A stretch of 56,242 nt of DNA, counting the filler, from Sphacelaria rigidula (Eukaryota), in the NCBI GenBank assembly GCA_964200075.2. It is 7 parts of 7 records of this genome, joined end to end, with 100 filler letters (N's around TTAATTAATTAA, not from the genome) between each part and the next. Parts side by side here need not be neighbours in the genome. Positions count along the whole stretch, not along the records: positions 16,101 to 24,049 come from CAXNAA020012879.1; positions 24,150 to 32,098 come from CAXNAA020012880.1; positions 32,199 to 40,147 come from CAXNAA020012881.1; 4 more parts are not named here. One strand, 5' to 3'. The position numbers were made by a program, and so were the translations under genes. Shown here piece after piece: positions 23,508-34,848 of the stretch. Positions within the stretch are counted from its first letter, which is position 1. The number at the start of each line of letters is the position of its first letter. The notes under the pieces were generated by a model. It did no database searches. It saw only the letters and a program-made list of their open reading frames with translations, and was not told the DNA's origin.

Positions 23508-24049
23508 CTGCAGTAATACGGCAAACGTCGTGTGCACCACGGTACACGGGAAAGAAAGAAAAATGGGGGGTATGGAATCAGCGGCAAATCCTAAGGATGA
23601 GTACAACCATAGCACAGGATCTCTGGAGAAGGGGACGACTGCGGGACAACGCGAATCATGACAAAAGTGACGTTTACAACACACTGGGGATAATTGTCCG
23701 CGTTTCGGAACACTTCTTTATGCTCCTCCCAGATTTTGGAGGCGTCTCTATTAGGAGTAGGGAATGTGCTCCGTCTTGAAAAGGCATGCGTGGTCAATGG
23801 TCGAGTGACTACGGCAAGCAACAAATGAGTATACCCCCCCCCCTTCCAAAAAACAACAATATTGATGTAGGGTGACGACGTCTGTACCGAATGGATACTG
23901 CGACACCTCTGCAACGCAGTTTCGGACAACGGGAAGAACATTGGACTATCTTCGGGGGGGGGGGGGGGGGGGGAGAATTACTACTTTAGTAGTAGCCAAA
24001 CCGCCATTTAGTATATGAATTCCCCTCGTCTGAATTCCATGCCGTTAGT

Positions 24050-24149
24050 NNNNNNNNNNNNNNNNNNNNNNNNNNNNNNNNNNNNNNNNNNNNTTAATTA
24101 ATTAANNNNNNNNNNNNNNNNNNNNNNNNNNNNNNNNNNNNNNNNNNNN
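24050..24149. other. Artificial contig-joining linker
   Basis: N44-TTAATTAATTAA-N44. Confidence 0.98.
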
Positions 24150-24478
24150 CGAGACGGAGCACCGTTCCTACTCCTAATAGAGCCACCTTCAACATTCCGG
24201 CGCTCATAATGTTTCTTCCATAGAGGAGGGGGGGGTCTTCATGATCTTGCATGCCGTAGTCGCTAGACCATTGGCCTCGCATTCTATCAAAGCCGGGACG
24301 GACCACACCGGGTTTTTGCCGGACCACGCTCGCACTCAATCACTAAGCGGGGGGTAGGGGGGGGGGCAGTCATACGTTGCTCGCCTCAATTATTTGACCA
24401 TTGACCATGCTTCCGTATCGAGACGGAATACCGTTTCTGCTCCTGAATCGAGACACCACCAACACCCCGGCGCTCACT
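24150..24478 (+). repeat. Cluster of fragments of a dispersed repeat family with GGGGGGTACTCA-type terminus
   Basis: Shared core GCC(G/T)TAGTCG...GACCATTGACC(A/T)CGCATCCC...GACGGAGCAC also (in whole or part) at 15940-16000(-), 23740-23842(-), 39513-39560, 47870-47948, 56083-56210. Confidence 0.75.
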
Positions 24479-24880
24479 ACGTTTCTTCCATGCATGACAC
24501 AAAACTTTCTACATATCTCTTCACTCCTTCCTGCTTCGCCGTCTGCGGCCGCCATCTCCTAGGGCAGCAATTGTTTTCTCGCCATCTAGGTACACCTACC
24601 GCGTGCTTGTACTGTCGGGGGGGGAGGAGGGGGGGGAGGGGCGAGATCGCAGCATCATCAATCGAGGTCGAGGATGGAGAAAGTAACACCATACAGTCAC
24701 CGTTATACTGCGCAACTCAACATGTTGTGTGGTAGAGTGTGCACCCAACCGTGATAACATTTTTCAAGTATACTGCTGGGGTGGTTCGAACGGAGGGTGA
24801 TGTTATGGTTACCCTTGTCAGCGCCGTCGATGATGATCGTATGCATTTGCTGTACTGAAGAGAGTCTCCTCGAATTGGAA

Positions 24881-25270
24881 GTTGAACATTAAAAGTAGGT
24901 TCAACTCCAAAACAGTGGGTTCCCCCACCTAAAGTCATGGCCAACGATATTCACATGAATGACCTAATGCCCCCCGACCTCTCCAAAACTGTTTTTGGGA
25001 TTTCCTCCGTCTTACGCTCTTCCAAAGGGAATATGCGCGCCATTTTGGGGCTGAAAAGCATTCCTTTTTTCACTCCGAAATCAAGGCGAAAAAATACTTT
25101 CGCACATACCTTTTGAGGGAACGAAAGACGAAAAACTCCCAAATATATATTTCAGGGAGGTCGGGGGGCATCAGGTCGTCCATTTTGAAAGTCATTTGTC
25201 ATGGCTTTATTTTTAGCTGTAGGTCAGGGAAACCACTGTTATGGAGTTGAACTTCATTTAAGTGTTCGAC
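24881..25270. mobile_element. MITE-like element with long imperfect inverted arms
   Basis: GTTCAACTCCAAAACAGTGGGTTCCC vs GGGAAACCACTGTTATGGAGTTGAAC, and GACCTAATGCCCCCCGACCTC vs GAGGTCGGGGGGCATCAGGTC; TSD not resolved. Confidence 0.7.
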
Positions 25271-26224
25271 GTCATTTTTTCGATCAACCTCATCTTAATG
25301 TTCAATCTCATTTCAAGGAGATTCTCTCACTGCTTCTACGTTGTTGGTGGTGGCGGAAAGCATCGTCACCACAACAGCCACAAGACGCTGTGAGACAGGC
25401 GAGTTGCTCTATGGCCAGCAGTGGGTAGCAACACCGATACTTTTACCGTCTCGCGCGCGAGAAAAGCACCCATGACCAAACAGTCAATATTTTGAAATCA
25501 TCGGTGGGGCACCAACCAATTTCACAGGCGTGTTTCGAAGGCCGCCTCGTCATTTCTGGCCGGCAGTGATGCATGCTGTGAATCATGAATAACACACAGA
25601 TGTGGGAGCAGACAACGGTGGTATATGAGCCGGACACAACAAGGATCAGTACGCCACCGCACCCTGCACCAGCTCTCCTCGGACACCTCTCGAATCTGCC
25701 CTCGCAACAGCAGTAGTAATATGACTTATGGGTGTATTGTGACTGACTGTTGCTAACGCTAATGAGTGGTGGCGCAGAGGTTGCAACAATCGCGATAACC
25801 GTTACGGCACATGTAGTACAGAATTCTGTACACAGTGCAACTCAGCTCGCAGTGTTTATCTCTCTTCTCTGGTTGAGATACGTGGCCGACGCCTTGGTGT
25901 GTTGCTGGTTCGGCTTACTTATTCATTGGGGCGGACAGGAGCTCTGCCGCTTGTGCCATGAGTACGTAGCTGCAACATCCCCAGACGTGTCGGTTTACCA
26001 ATCGCCCGGCCCTAACCATGCAGATTTTGTTTTCTGTCGTCCAGAATTCGAAACTGTTGATCGCCGAGCACGCCGCGACTCGTACCCAACATTTGTTCGT
26101 GGTTCATGATGCGTAGGCAATACTTGTTGCGTCTCTGCGTTGGTATCACGTAACCGTTCATGCATCAAGCATGCAAATACTAACCCCCGCCCCTCCGCCC
26201 GTCGCCCCCTTCTAACTAACTCAC

Positions 26225-26468
26225 GTTGAACTTGCCACCGCCTTGGACCCTGGATGTTTGGCCAAACGATCCCTGGCCTAGCTTTGCGAAGCGGGCTCCT
26301 TTGAGCTCCGCGAAATCATTTGCCGTGAGCTTCAGCTCGTCCCCACCCACCATGTTGTCGCTGAAGGTGTTGGTGGCGTGAATGCCTTCTACTGTATACC
26401 TACCTCCCGTGCCACTGCGGATGATTACCCGTACCGCCGCTTTTCCCGCCTTGAATGCCAGGTAGGCA
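26225..26468 (-). CDS. Putative orphan exon, possibly N-lobe of a protein kinase
   Basis: ttcAG acceptor, GTgagt donor, 81 stop-free GC3-rich codons ending ...ARFAKLGQGSFGQTSRVQGGGKFN (LGxGSFG glycine-rich loop); no partner exon recognised. Confidence 0.45.
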
Positions 26469-27835
26469 CTGAAGCGGTGATGTTTTGCACAGTCAAGTCA
26501 CGCTGGTCACTGGTCCGTATCACAGCACAGTACAGTACGGCACACAAGGAAAGCAGAACAGTCGATGCGAACACTGGGTGGGCGAGACGAGAGAGAGCGC
26601 CCCCGTGTGGAATGAGCAGAATAACCTCTGGAGAACGATATATTCGATGCCTGGAAATGTAATGAAAGTGATGAATGGAGTGTCGGAGAGCAGGGACAAA
26701 TAACCTCGGACAGTGGAGTTGTGGCACGCCAGGGGTGTGTGTTGTTTTCTCCTTGGCCACTCCACTGGATCGTGTACTCACCGGAAATCGGATCAGTATC
26801 TTATTGACCGAAAAAATCCGGCTGTGTGGCTAGCATCTGTTCGATTGGCCACTAATGTGCCGCATGCATGTTTCCAGCGTGTATCGTCATTTCCTGATCG
26901 TCCTCCCAGAAATTCAAAAATGATGTGTCCCGCGACGCGTTTGCCTTTGCGTTACCTCCGCTCCTTGGCCTGCTCGTGTTGTGTTTCTACCCCGATTATG
27001 TGAGAATACGCAAAACTGATTTGGTTAGATGACAGGCAACTGCATGTTGGTAAGAGTTGAGACACTATTCGAATCAGTACTTGGGGATAAGCAAGTAGCC
27101 CGATGTGGACAGGGGTGTTATTCATTGTGTTATGTCAACCATATTTCCGAGTCTTCCAAGCGGAACGGGTTTCACCGGCTTTTTGTTTCACACCAGGTTG
27201 AACGAAGCGCAGGAGCCTCGGGATGCAGCGGAGAGATCGCGACCCAGATCAACGCGCTTTGCATTGTGAGAAATATACGTGAAGGGATCGGGAGAATGGA
27301 GCCCGCGGTGACGCCTCCAATAAGTGGGTGGGCAACGTTAAATATGGAGGAATTCTTACGGGCCGATTTTTGTACGCGCCGGAAGGCCGCGGCGTCGCCT
27401 GTTCTGTCGCAAGTGGCTCCCAACCCCGAGCGGCTGACGACGCCTTGCAATCAATCGAAGTAAGATCCTGCCCAAGCGCTTGACGACCCCTTGCCCATAA
27501 ACGATCTTTCTCATCAAAGATACGCAGAGAGTTTCAAACGGCGACTTTGTCAACATACTCACACAAGTAGACATGCAGGCAATCCGCTGCCGCCGATTCG
27601 TGACTGAAGCGAACGCCTTTGGCCGACTGCAGAGTATAACAACAGTTCATTTTACACAAGTGCACCAGCGCAAACTGCAGCAGTCGTAGAAAGTGTGCTG
27701 CCACGAAGATTTGCATCCTCACTCCGCCGCACCGCCTGCAACCAAATCCATGAGAGAGACTGAAAATGGCTTGATTTTGTGCACATGGAACCGAGACGTA
27801 TCGCGTGCCCGCATCACGATAAACCATATCCAGCG

Positions 27836-28030
27836 CCGTTCGCCGTCGTGGATCAGTTGGTGACCTTGAAATAATCTGACGGTAGGGACGTGGATTCGAA
27901 TCCTGGTGAAGTTACTGGTACTACACCAGGCGGGCTTTTTCTCGCATCATGCCCGACAGCAGTCGTGGAGAGCGAATATGTCGTGGGGACACAAGAACTC
28001 GATGTCACGGTTGACGAGAAGAAGCGGTAC
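27836..28030 (+). mobile_element. tRNA-derived SINE, 5' half (degenerate)
   Basis: A-box TGGATCAGTTGG, B-box GATTCGAATC, then GTGGAGAGCGA...GGTTGACGAG as in the 29760 copy. Confidence 0.7.
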
Positions 28031-28967
28031 GCCGGCGAGCTGGGCTAGCTGACAGTGATTTGCGAATGTATCCGGGCCAGGCGGTGGTGGGTAATCCGAA
28101 GCGTTGGGCGCTGAAATTTTGACACGACATTTCTATCATCACCACGCACAACATTTTCGAGGAATGCCAAGAAAAACAAACAAACAGAAAGTTAGGGCGA
28201 TTTGAAGCTTCTGCAAAGCTAGAAAAATGTTATAACTCCATGAAGATAAAGAAATACGAGGCCATCCCTAGTGTAGTTGTGCGTTCTTGTGAGGAGGAGA
28301 TCCTGGTGCAATTTCGGCCAAAATTTCCAGAAATATGGCGCAGCATGAAACTTTTCGGGTGGCACGGCTGCGCTCTTTTAATCCAAGTGATGCGGTTGAC
28401 TCCAGTTATGGAGTTCACGAGTACGAATCCCGACGGATTCTTTTTTTTGTTCCGTCGCTTACGTGATACATTATGCAGCACATTTTTCCCATTTTTTTTA
28501 GTTCAGCGGCGGTCCCGTGCGTTATCACTTTAGTCTGCAGGTCACACCGATATGCTCAAGTCGGGCTGATTTATTTGGTAAACTTGATAAGTTATGGTGT
28601 GTCATGCAAACGCGGGATTTACTGCTGGCCCAGCTCGTAGAGTTGACCGGCTTTGGGCTACAAATGCCTACTGCTCATATTACTTGATCAGAGTATATAC
28701 AACGAGAATCGTTTTTTTAGTAGCGCTGACCGATCCGTGTGCTCCTCGCTTGCGCAGAACGCGTTTTCGCTGAAATCGGCGCCACAAGAACCGATTTTGA
28801 TTTGGGGTCTACCAAGGCCGCACTTTGTTTACGGAATGAATGGTATGTACCGCCCTTGCCCGAGGGTTCTCGGTATGCGTTGGGTTAGGATTAGGGTTAG
28901 GCGTAGCGATACTTGTAAAATGTGTTAACCATGAACATTTGCAGCCCAATGCCGGTTAACTATCCTC

Positions 28968-29120
28968 AGGAAGAGGGACCGCTGAAACGCTTCTCGTGAT
29001 TTAAACTAAGGCAAGCACTGCAGGGGGAAGGTGGAGCGCTGAACAAAATAATCTTTGAAAAAAGCTCCTGCGTTGACCCTCCTCCTGCGTGACCCGGGCT
29101 GAAGCGCCCACATGCACCGA
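28968..29120 (+). mobile_element. tRNA-derived SINE, 3' half (degenerate)
   Basis: TAAGGCAAGCAC...AAAAGCTCCTG...GGCTGAAGCGCCCACAT matches 29965-30070. Confidence 0.65.
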
Positions 29121-29122
29121 GA

Positions 29123-29502
29123 GTTGTAGACTGTATGCGTTGTCATCCCATCTACTCTGGACGCCAGTCTGCACATTTCGGTATATGTGGGCGCATCAGC
29201 CGGAGTCACACAGGAGGAAGGCCAACTCAAGTGTTTTTTTCTTTTTCCATTATGTTTTAGTACTCCACCTTCCTTGTGCGATGCTTGCCATATTTTTTTA
29301 CCGCGTGGAGTGTTCAGCTGCCCCTTTCCCTCGTCGTCCGTGACGTCGAACTTTGTGTGGTGTACCCACAACATAGTCGCTCTCCACTGTCGGGTGTGGT
29401 ATGAGAAAAAGATCCCAGATGGTGTGAGTTCACCGAGATTGGAATCCACGACCCAGCCGTCAGGGTGTTTCGAGGTTACCGACTGAGCCACCGGAGCGAT
29501 CG
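29123..29502 (-). mobile_element. tRNA-derived SINE, near full length
   Basis: Reverse complement begins CGCTCCGGTGGCTCAGTCGGTAACCTCGAAAC...GGGTCGTGGATTCCAATCTCGGTGAA and aligns over ~380 bp with 29760-30138. Confidence 0.8.
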
Positions 29503-29535
29503 AGACTGGCGTCGAGAATAGATTAAATGATGACG

Positions 29536-29578
<43 letters not shown>

Positions 29579-29579
29579 C
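29536..29579. repeat. (AAC)n microsatellite
   Basis: Directly visible between two divergent SINE copies. Confidence 0.95.
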
Positions 29580-29759
29580 GGCACAATACAACGTATATTT
29601 TAGAGGGAAGTACAGCACGATGCTTGCTGCTGTAGGACACAGGATGATACATTTGGTCGCGCCACACACGCGCGTGAGGATACTGCGAGTTTCCACAAAG
29701 TTCGGGGTCCTTTCATTCTACCAGGCGCGCACGCCAAGATGGCCTACCGCACTTAATAC

Positions 29760-30138
29760 CCGGTTCACCCCGGTGGCTCAGTTAATAACCTCGAAACCTT
29801 TTTACGGTAGGGTCGTGGGTTCGAATCTCGGTGAAGTCACACGATCTAGGGTTTTTACTCACACGATGCCCACTCGTGGAGAGCGACTATGTCGCGGGTA
29901 CACAAAATTCGACGTCGCGGTTGACGAGGGGAAGGGACGACTAAACCCTTCCCTCGATAAAAATAAGGCAAGCACCGCAGAAGAAAGGTGATGTGCTAAG
30001 GACAAATAAAAATGAAAAGCTCCTGTGCTGGCCTTCCTCTTCTGTAACCCCGGCTGATGCACCCACATACACCAAATGGTGTAGGTCTAGACTGGCGTGC
30101 AGAATTGATGGGATGACGACACACAACAGCACACGCAC
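29760..30138 (+). mobile_element. tRNA-derived SINE, near full length
   Basis: Pol III A-box TGGCTCAGTTAA (29774-85) and B-box GGTTCGAATC (29818-27), ~300-bp body, ACAAC/ACAC-like tail; multiple copies in the window. Confidence 0.8.
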
Positions 30139-32098
30139 TTGATCTCAAGTCAGCTCGCAGTTTGACGTGGGGAGGGGGGGGGGGGGGGTGGAAAGATGGA
30201 TGGGAGACCAACAACCAACCCCAGGCTACTTTGGCTGCAAGCCCGGGGCGGTTGGGGGGGGGGGGGGGGGGGGGGGGGGTGCAGTCCTTGGACGTTCTTG
30301 TTTAAACCACCATCGCGAACAGCCGTCAACGGAAGACCCTTTTCCGAATCATGACAAGACGGTTTAGAAGTAGGAAACGGGGGTTCGGTTCCCGCCAGAT
30401 GCGTCTAGATTGATTTCCCCTCGAGGCATCCCAAGTTATGTCGTCAAAAACGTGAGGACATGAGCAGCAAAAAAACGTGGATGAGGTTGTACAACGACCA
30501 GTCGACGTGGTGCGAGAGTACTGATCTAACCCGCGATACCAAATGTAAGGCGTGCATCGGAGAAAAGATGGGTTGACCCCTTGAGATCACGAACTCGGAG
30601 GGGTTCAAAGTGCTGTGAACAAAACATAAAAACTGGGTAGGTCACAGACTTGGACAAGAAACATGACACCGTTTACGTCCACTGCTCTGCTCCGCAGTCC
30701 TGACGATAATAGTTCTTATAAAATAATCACGGACCCGGGAAATAACCTGAAGTTTTCCACACATGATCAAAATATGTGGATGTGAACGCACACGAGCAAC
30801 ACTTGGAGAGCGCTACAATACCATGGCAGTCTCCGAGACAGCGCTTGTCCGCCTGATAAAGTTGAAGTTCGAATCACTTGAGAAATACGACAGATTCAGC
30901 TCAATGGAATCACTCGGAGCACACTTTTCTCGGAACGGAGAGATCTCCGTCCCGAATGCTGGCAATATTTCGCTGCAGCGATGAGACGGTCGTAGGAATA
31001 ACACGCTATTTTTCCGTCTGCGTTTGATCGGTTCTAATGTGCTCATTTTCGATAGCATAATATCGATCATGTCTCCCATAGGTGGCTGAAAAGGGGTTCG
31101 CTCGTGGGACCGGCTCCGGATGAGAAGTTACTATAAGAAATAAGAAACCGCTAATTTTTCATGATGTTTTCGCCGGAAGCACTAGGACATCCCCAAGTAA
31201 GAAATATCAGCTGAACCTCCACACAAAAAAAAGGTTTTTGAGCCTGGATCAAAATATAGTGTCGCTCACTAGCGAAACGGGATTGCCCCGCAGTTATCGA
31301 TCACATCGAAAAACCAAATCAATGTTTGCACTAGAGGGAACTCAAGTCCTCTCGTTTTACTTCCGTCCAGTTGTTGCAGTCACGACGAGCCGCAACCGCT
31401 TTCACGCCTAAGATGACGGCACCCGTGATATGAGCCACGGTGTTTCTTTAGTCCCTCGATTTCTTGCGCCCTACGGTCAAGTTACTCAACATCCTGTAGA
31501 AAACGGGAAATGACTAAAACCATGTGTACTACACAAAGAAGTTCAAAAGGATTACCCATATTCTATTCTTCTGCGCCGCGCGGAGAGGATCAGATTGCCG
31601 CGATACAGAGAGAGAGCAATAATAGAGGGAATGTGAGCGCAAATTTTCAAATTTGATCGAAGAAACAAAAAATACTCTTTTCCACAGTTCAAGTTATCTG
31701 GCACGACGCACACATTTCTTTTACGATTGATCGACCGCATTGCCCTGGATGAGAAGGAGATATGCTCTCCTCCGCGTTTAAGGTCTCCCGATCATCATCC
31801 ATCGCTCGTTTGGACGTACAATATATATATATATATATATGTACATTTTCACACACACATACAAAAAAGACCCCTACGTAAATTGCTCTACGGCGTCAGA
31901 ACCACAACCATGCCCTTTCTCATAGGTCAGGTCTACCATTTTGTTTTAAATGATCCGCTTCTTTGCAGCTAGGATGAGAGGTGCGAGAGTAGTGAAACGA
32001 ACTCCGCCCCCCCCCCCCCCCCCCCCCCCGACCACCCCCCCCCCCCCCCCCCCGCTCGCCCCCGCACAACCCCGCCCCCCCCCCCCCCGGCCCCCCAC

Positions 32099-32198
32099 NN
32101 NNNNNNNNNNNNNNNNNNNNNNNNNNNNNNNNNNNNNNNNNNTTAATTAATTAANNNNNNNNNNNNNNNNNNNNNNNNNNNNNNNNNNNNNNNNNNNN
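32099..32198. other. Artificial contig-joining linker
   Basis: N44-TTAATTAATTAA-N44. Confidence 0.98.
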
Positions 32199-33843
32199 GG
32201 TGGCTGGTTCCCGTACGGAACGTTCCCGAAGTGACAAATCGTTCACGAGAGGAGCCTTGGTATTTTCCCCTTCAAGGCATGAAAGGGTTACCCGTTTACC
32301 TGGTGTGTGGAATACTTTCTGTCTATCGAGATGACATACCGTGAGTACGCTCATCGCGTATTGCACGTACGTCGGAGGAGCGAATCGAACTCAATTCTTC
32401 GACATTACGCCGGTTTTGTTTCATCTTCAAACCTCCCTCATGTTACTCACTTACAAATCCTGAGCCTGAAGGAAGGCTGTGCATTGATTTTTAACGTACA
32501 TCTCTGCTATGTTGCTGTGCACAAGATAAAAGAAGCTACTCGTGCACATGATCGGTGCATGAGGGGTGATGGCCATCCTCCACTAACCTAAGGTGTATCG
32601 ACGGGAGTACTCGAAGACTGTTCACACGAAGGATACTATCGTTAGACGTTGTTCAACGTTATCGACAACGGCCATGGCCGAACAGAGTCGTTCTGAAACG
32701 GCGACATCACGCGAACAGAGAGCTTGTCACGAGCCCAAAAATTGCCTGACGCGAAACGACGACAAAGAGATACCATGGCTAGAAACCAAAAAAGATTGAG
32801 TCAGCAGTCTCTTCTTTTTTCGTTCAAGGCGGTTCTCAACACAGTACAGAGCAGTGCTGCAGTGCAAATGATGCAGTACAGTACAGCGGCGTATCGCGCT
32901 CATGTGGCACGTGTCTTCATTGTGTATGTACAGCATGCGCTGCGTTGTCTCCTACAGCAACATAGATTTGGGTTCATCTCAAGACACTCCACGTACACGA
33001 CATGTCTGCTCAGAATAATCCCTCGAAACCTTGCGAGCATGCGTCCTTGGTGCCCTGAGACCAAAACTCTTCCCACGATATACTAGGGGACCATCTGACC
33101 CCACCACTGACGCACAACAATGTGTACGCCGCACCGAGTAGTGGGCCGTAGTGGCAATATATAACCCAGTGAACGCATGTATTATTTGACATCTAATGCC
33201 GTGGAAACAGTCAAATTCGCTTCGAATTTTCTCTCACGTGTGCGCGCCGGAAAACGATAGCCGGATACCGCCCTCTTCGCACGATATACTATACCGCCAT
33301 TCCTTATTTATCGAGGGTAACAAAAAACCAAACTACCCACAGAGACCACCTCAGGCAAATGAAAAAAGTGGTGATGATCACCGTCTTTTCACATGAGTCA
33401 TCATCACTACCGCAGTTGAGTCCGGCCTGCGACTCCTACATCAAAGCTCAACTGCACTAAAATCTCTCGCGGCGAAAAAATCCGCTTTGTCGATCTCCAA
33501 GAAACAGAAGGAAGACAAGAGGGAAGGGGTTTCGAAACGAACCATGAATAAAAGCTGAAGAACCCAAATTCTCTCAACGTTGCTGACGACAAATACTCGA
33601 AAAAGACGAACGTCATCATTCGCACCCCAGATTCCCCTCACTGTGAGTACAAAGCAGGGGGGCGGAATTTTTCAAGAGCCCTCAATCTATATCGTAGAAC
33701 TAGTCAACGTTACGTTGTCTACAGAGTTGACTCGCTCTATAAGTAGAACCATTCAAGGATTCGCTTTACTTGTTTATCACCGCCCCCCAAAACTGCTCAC
33801 GTGCGTAAATATCAGAAGGGAACCACAAGAAAACATTAACATT

Positions 33844-34050
33844 CTATTTGTGGTCTCCCTGCCCCTTCTTGTATTCATATTCCCCGCGCGCGGCAGCGCC
33901 GGCGATAACAAGCTCTTTCTCCAACAAAGCCGACATCTCCTCCAGGGGGAGGTCGGACCCCTTCTTCTGCTTCTTGCACAGATCCAACAGCGGCAGCTGT
34001 AGTGCCTGACTCCACGAGAAGCTCAGGTTCCACGGGGAGTTGCCCTTGGC
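33844..34050 (-). CDS. FBA: Class I fructose-bisphosphate aldolase (divergent), terminal exon
   Basis: AKGNSPWNLSFSWSQALQLPLLDLCKKQKKGSDLPLEEMSALLEKELVIAGAAARGEYEYKKGQGDHK*; aligns to PWxLxFSYGRALQ; cAG acceptor, TAG stop. Confidence 0.88.
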   Translation of the reverse strand, partial: AKGNSPWNLSFSWSQALQLPLLDLCKKQKKGSDLPLEEMSALLEKELVIAGAAARGEYEYKKGQGDHK

Positions 34051-34492
34051 CTGTATCGAGCATCGGCATCGGCAGCGTCGGGTAGGAGGGTTGGGCGGGG
34101 GTTGGGGGTAGGAGGTTCGTTAATGAAGTTCCTTGCTCTTAATTACTCAAACTATAAGACCTACTTGGGGATACTTTGACGTCACTTACACATCTTGACG
34201 CTGTTTGGACGGCCGTGCAAGTGTTGCTCGCGTAACCGTCTACCCCGTGTGCACAAAAAATATGACCCTCTGCCTCGACCCTCTACGGGTAGAGTTGGCA
34301 ATCGTGTTGCCCACTCACAGACACGGCTGAACAATTGCACCAACAATCACACACACACGCGCGCGCGCGCGCGTCTTAACTCCGAAGCCCTGTAATTTCG
34401 GAGCGTACGCATCTATCCGATTACAACCATGCTGTGCAGAAAAGATGCCCAAGAACAAGGGCATACCCCGTCAACAATGGCCAGGAACATAC

Positions 34493-34729
34493 CTGGTTGA
34501 TCGCGCAAAGTCGTGCGGCTGCGTCCTCCAAGGTCTGCCCGCCGCTGAGGAAGTTTACTCCCGGCATGGCCGCGGGCATGACTCGCCTGAGCGTCGTTAC
34601 CGTTGCCTCTCCGATCTCCTTCGCCGTGGCCTTCTTCTTGCACCCGCGGCCGGGGTTAACCATGTTGGGCTTGAGCGTGGAGCCTTCCATGAACACGCCG
34701 TGGTCAAGCATCGCCTTGTAAAGATGGGC
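34493..34729 (-). CDS. FBA: Class I fructose-bisphosphate aldolase, exon with Schiff-base Lys
   Basis: AHLYKAMLDHGVFMEGSTLKPNMVNPG...PGVNFLSGGQTLEDAAARLCAINQ (LKPNMV and FLSGGQ motifs); phase 0/0. Confidence 0.93.
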
Positions 34730-34848
34730 CTTCCCAGGTGTCGACAAGAAGAAGGAGCAGGAGTGAGAGAGGAGAGACGGGATGAAGGTGACGAGGGACG
34801 TGGGGAAGGAGGGGTGTCGTTGGTTGTAGGGCATGTAAAGCTCACCTC

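Noticed and set aside
28880-28901. GGGTTAGGATTAGGGTTAGG telomere-like motif
   Set aside because: Only about three imperfect units, internal to the contig; too short to call a telomere.
29760-29835. tRNA gene
   Set aside because: A and B boxes are present but there is no convincing acceptor or anticodon stem, and it is attached to a multi-copy 300-bp body; better explained as a SINE head.
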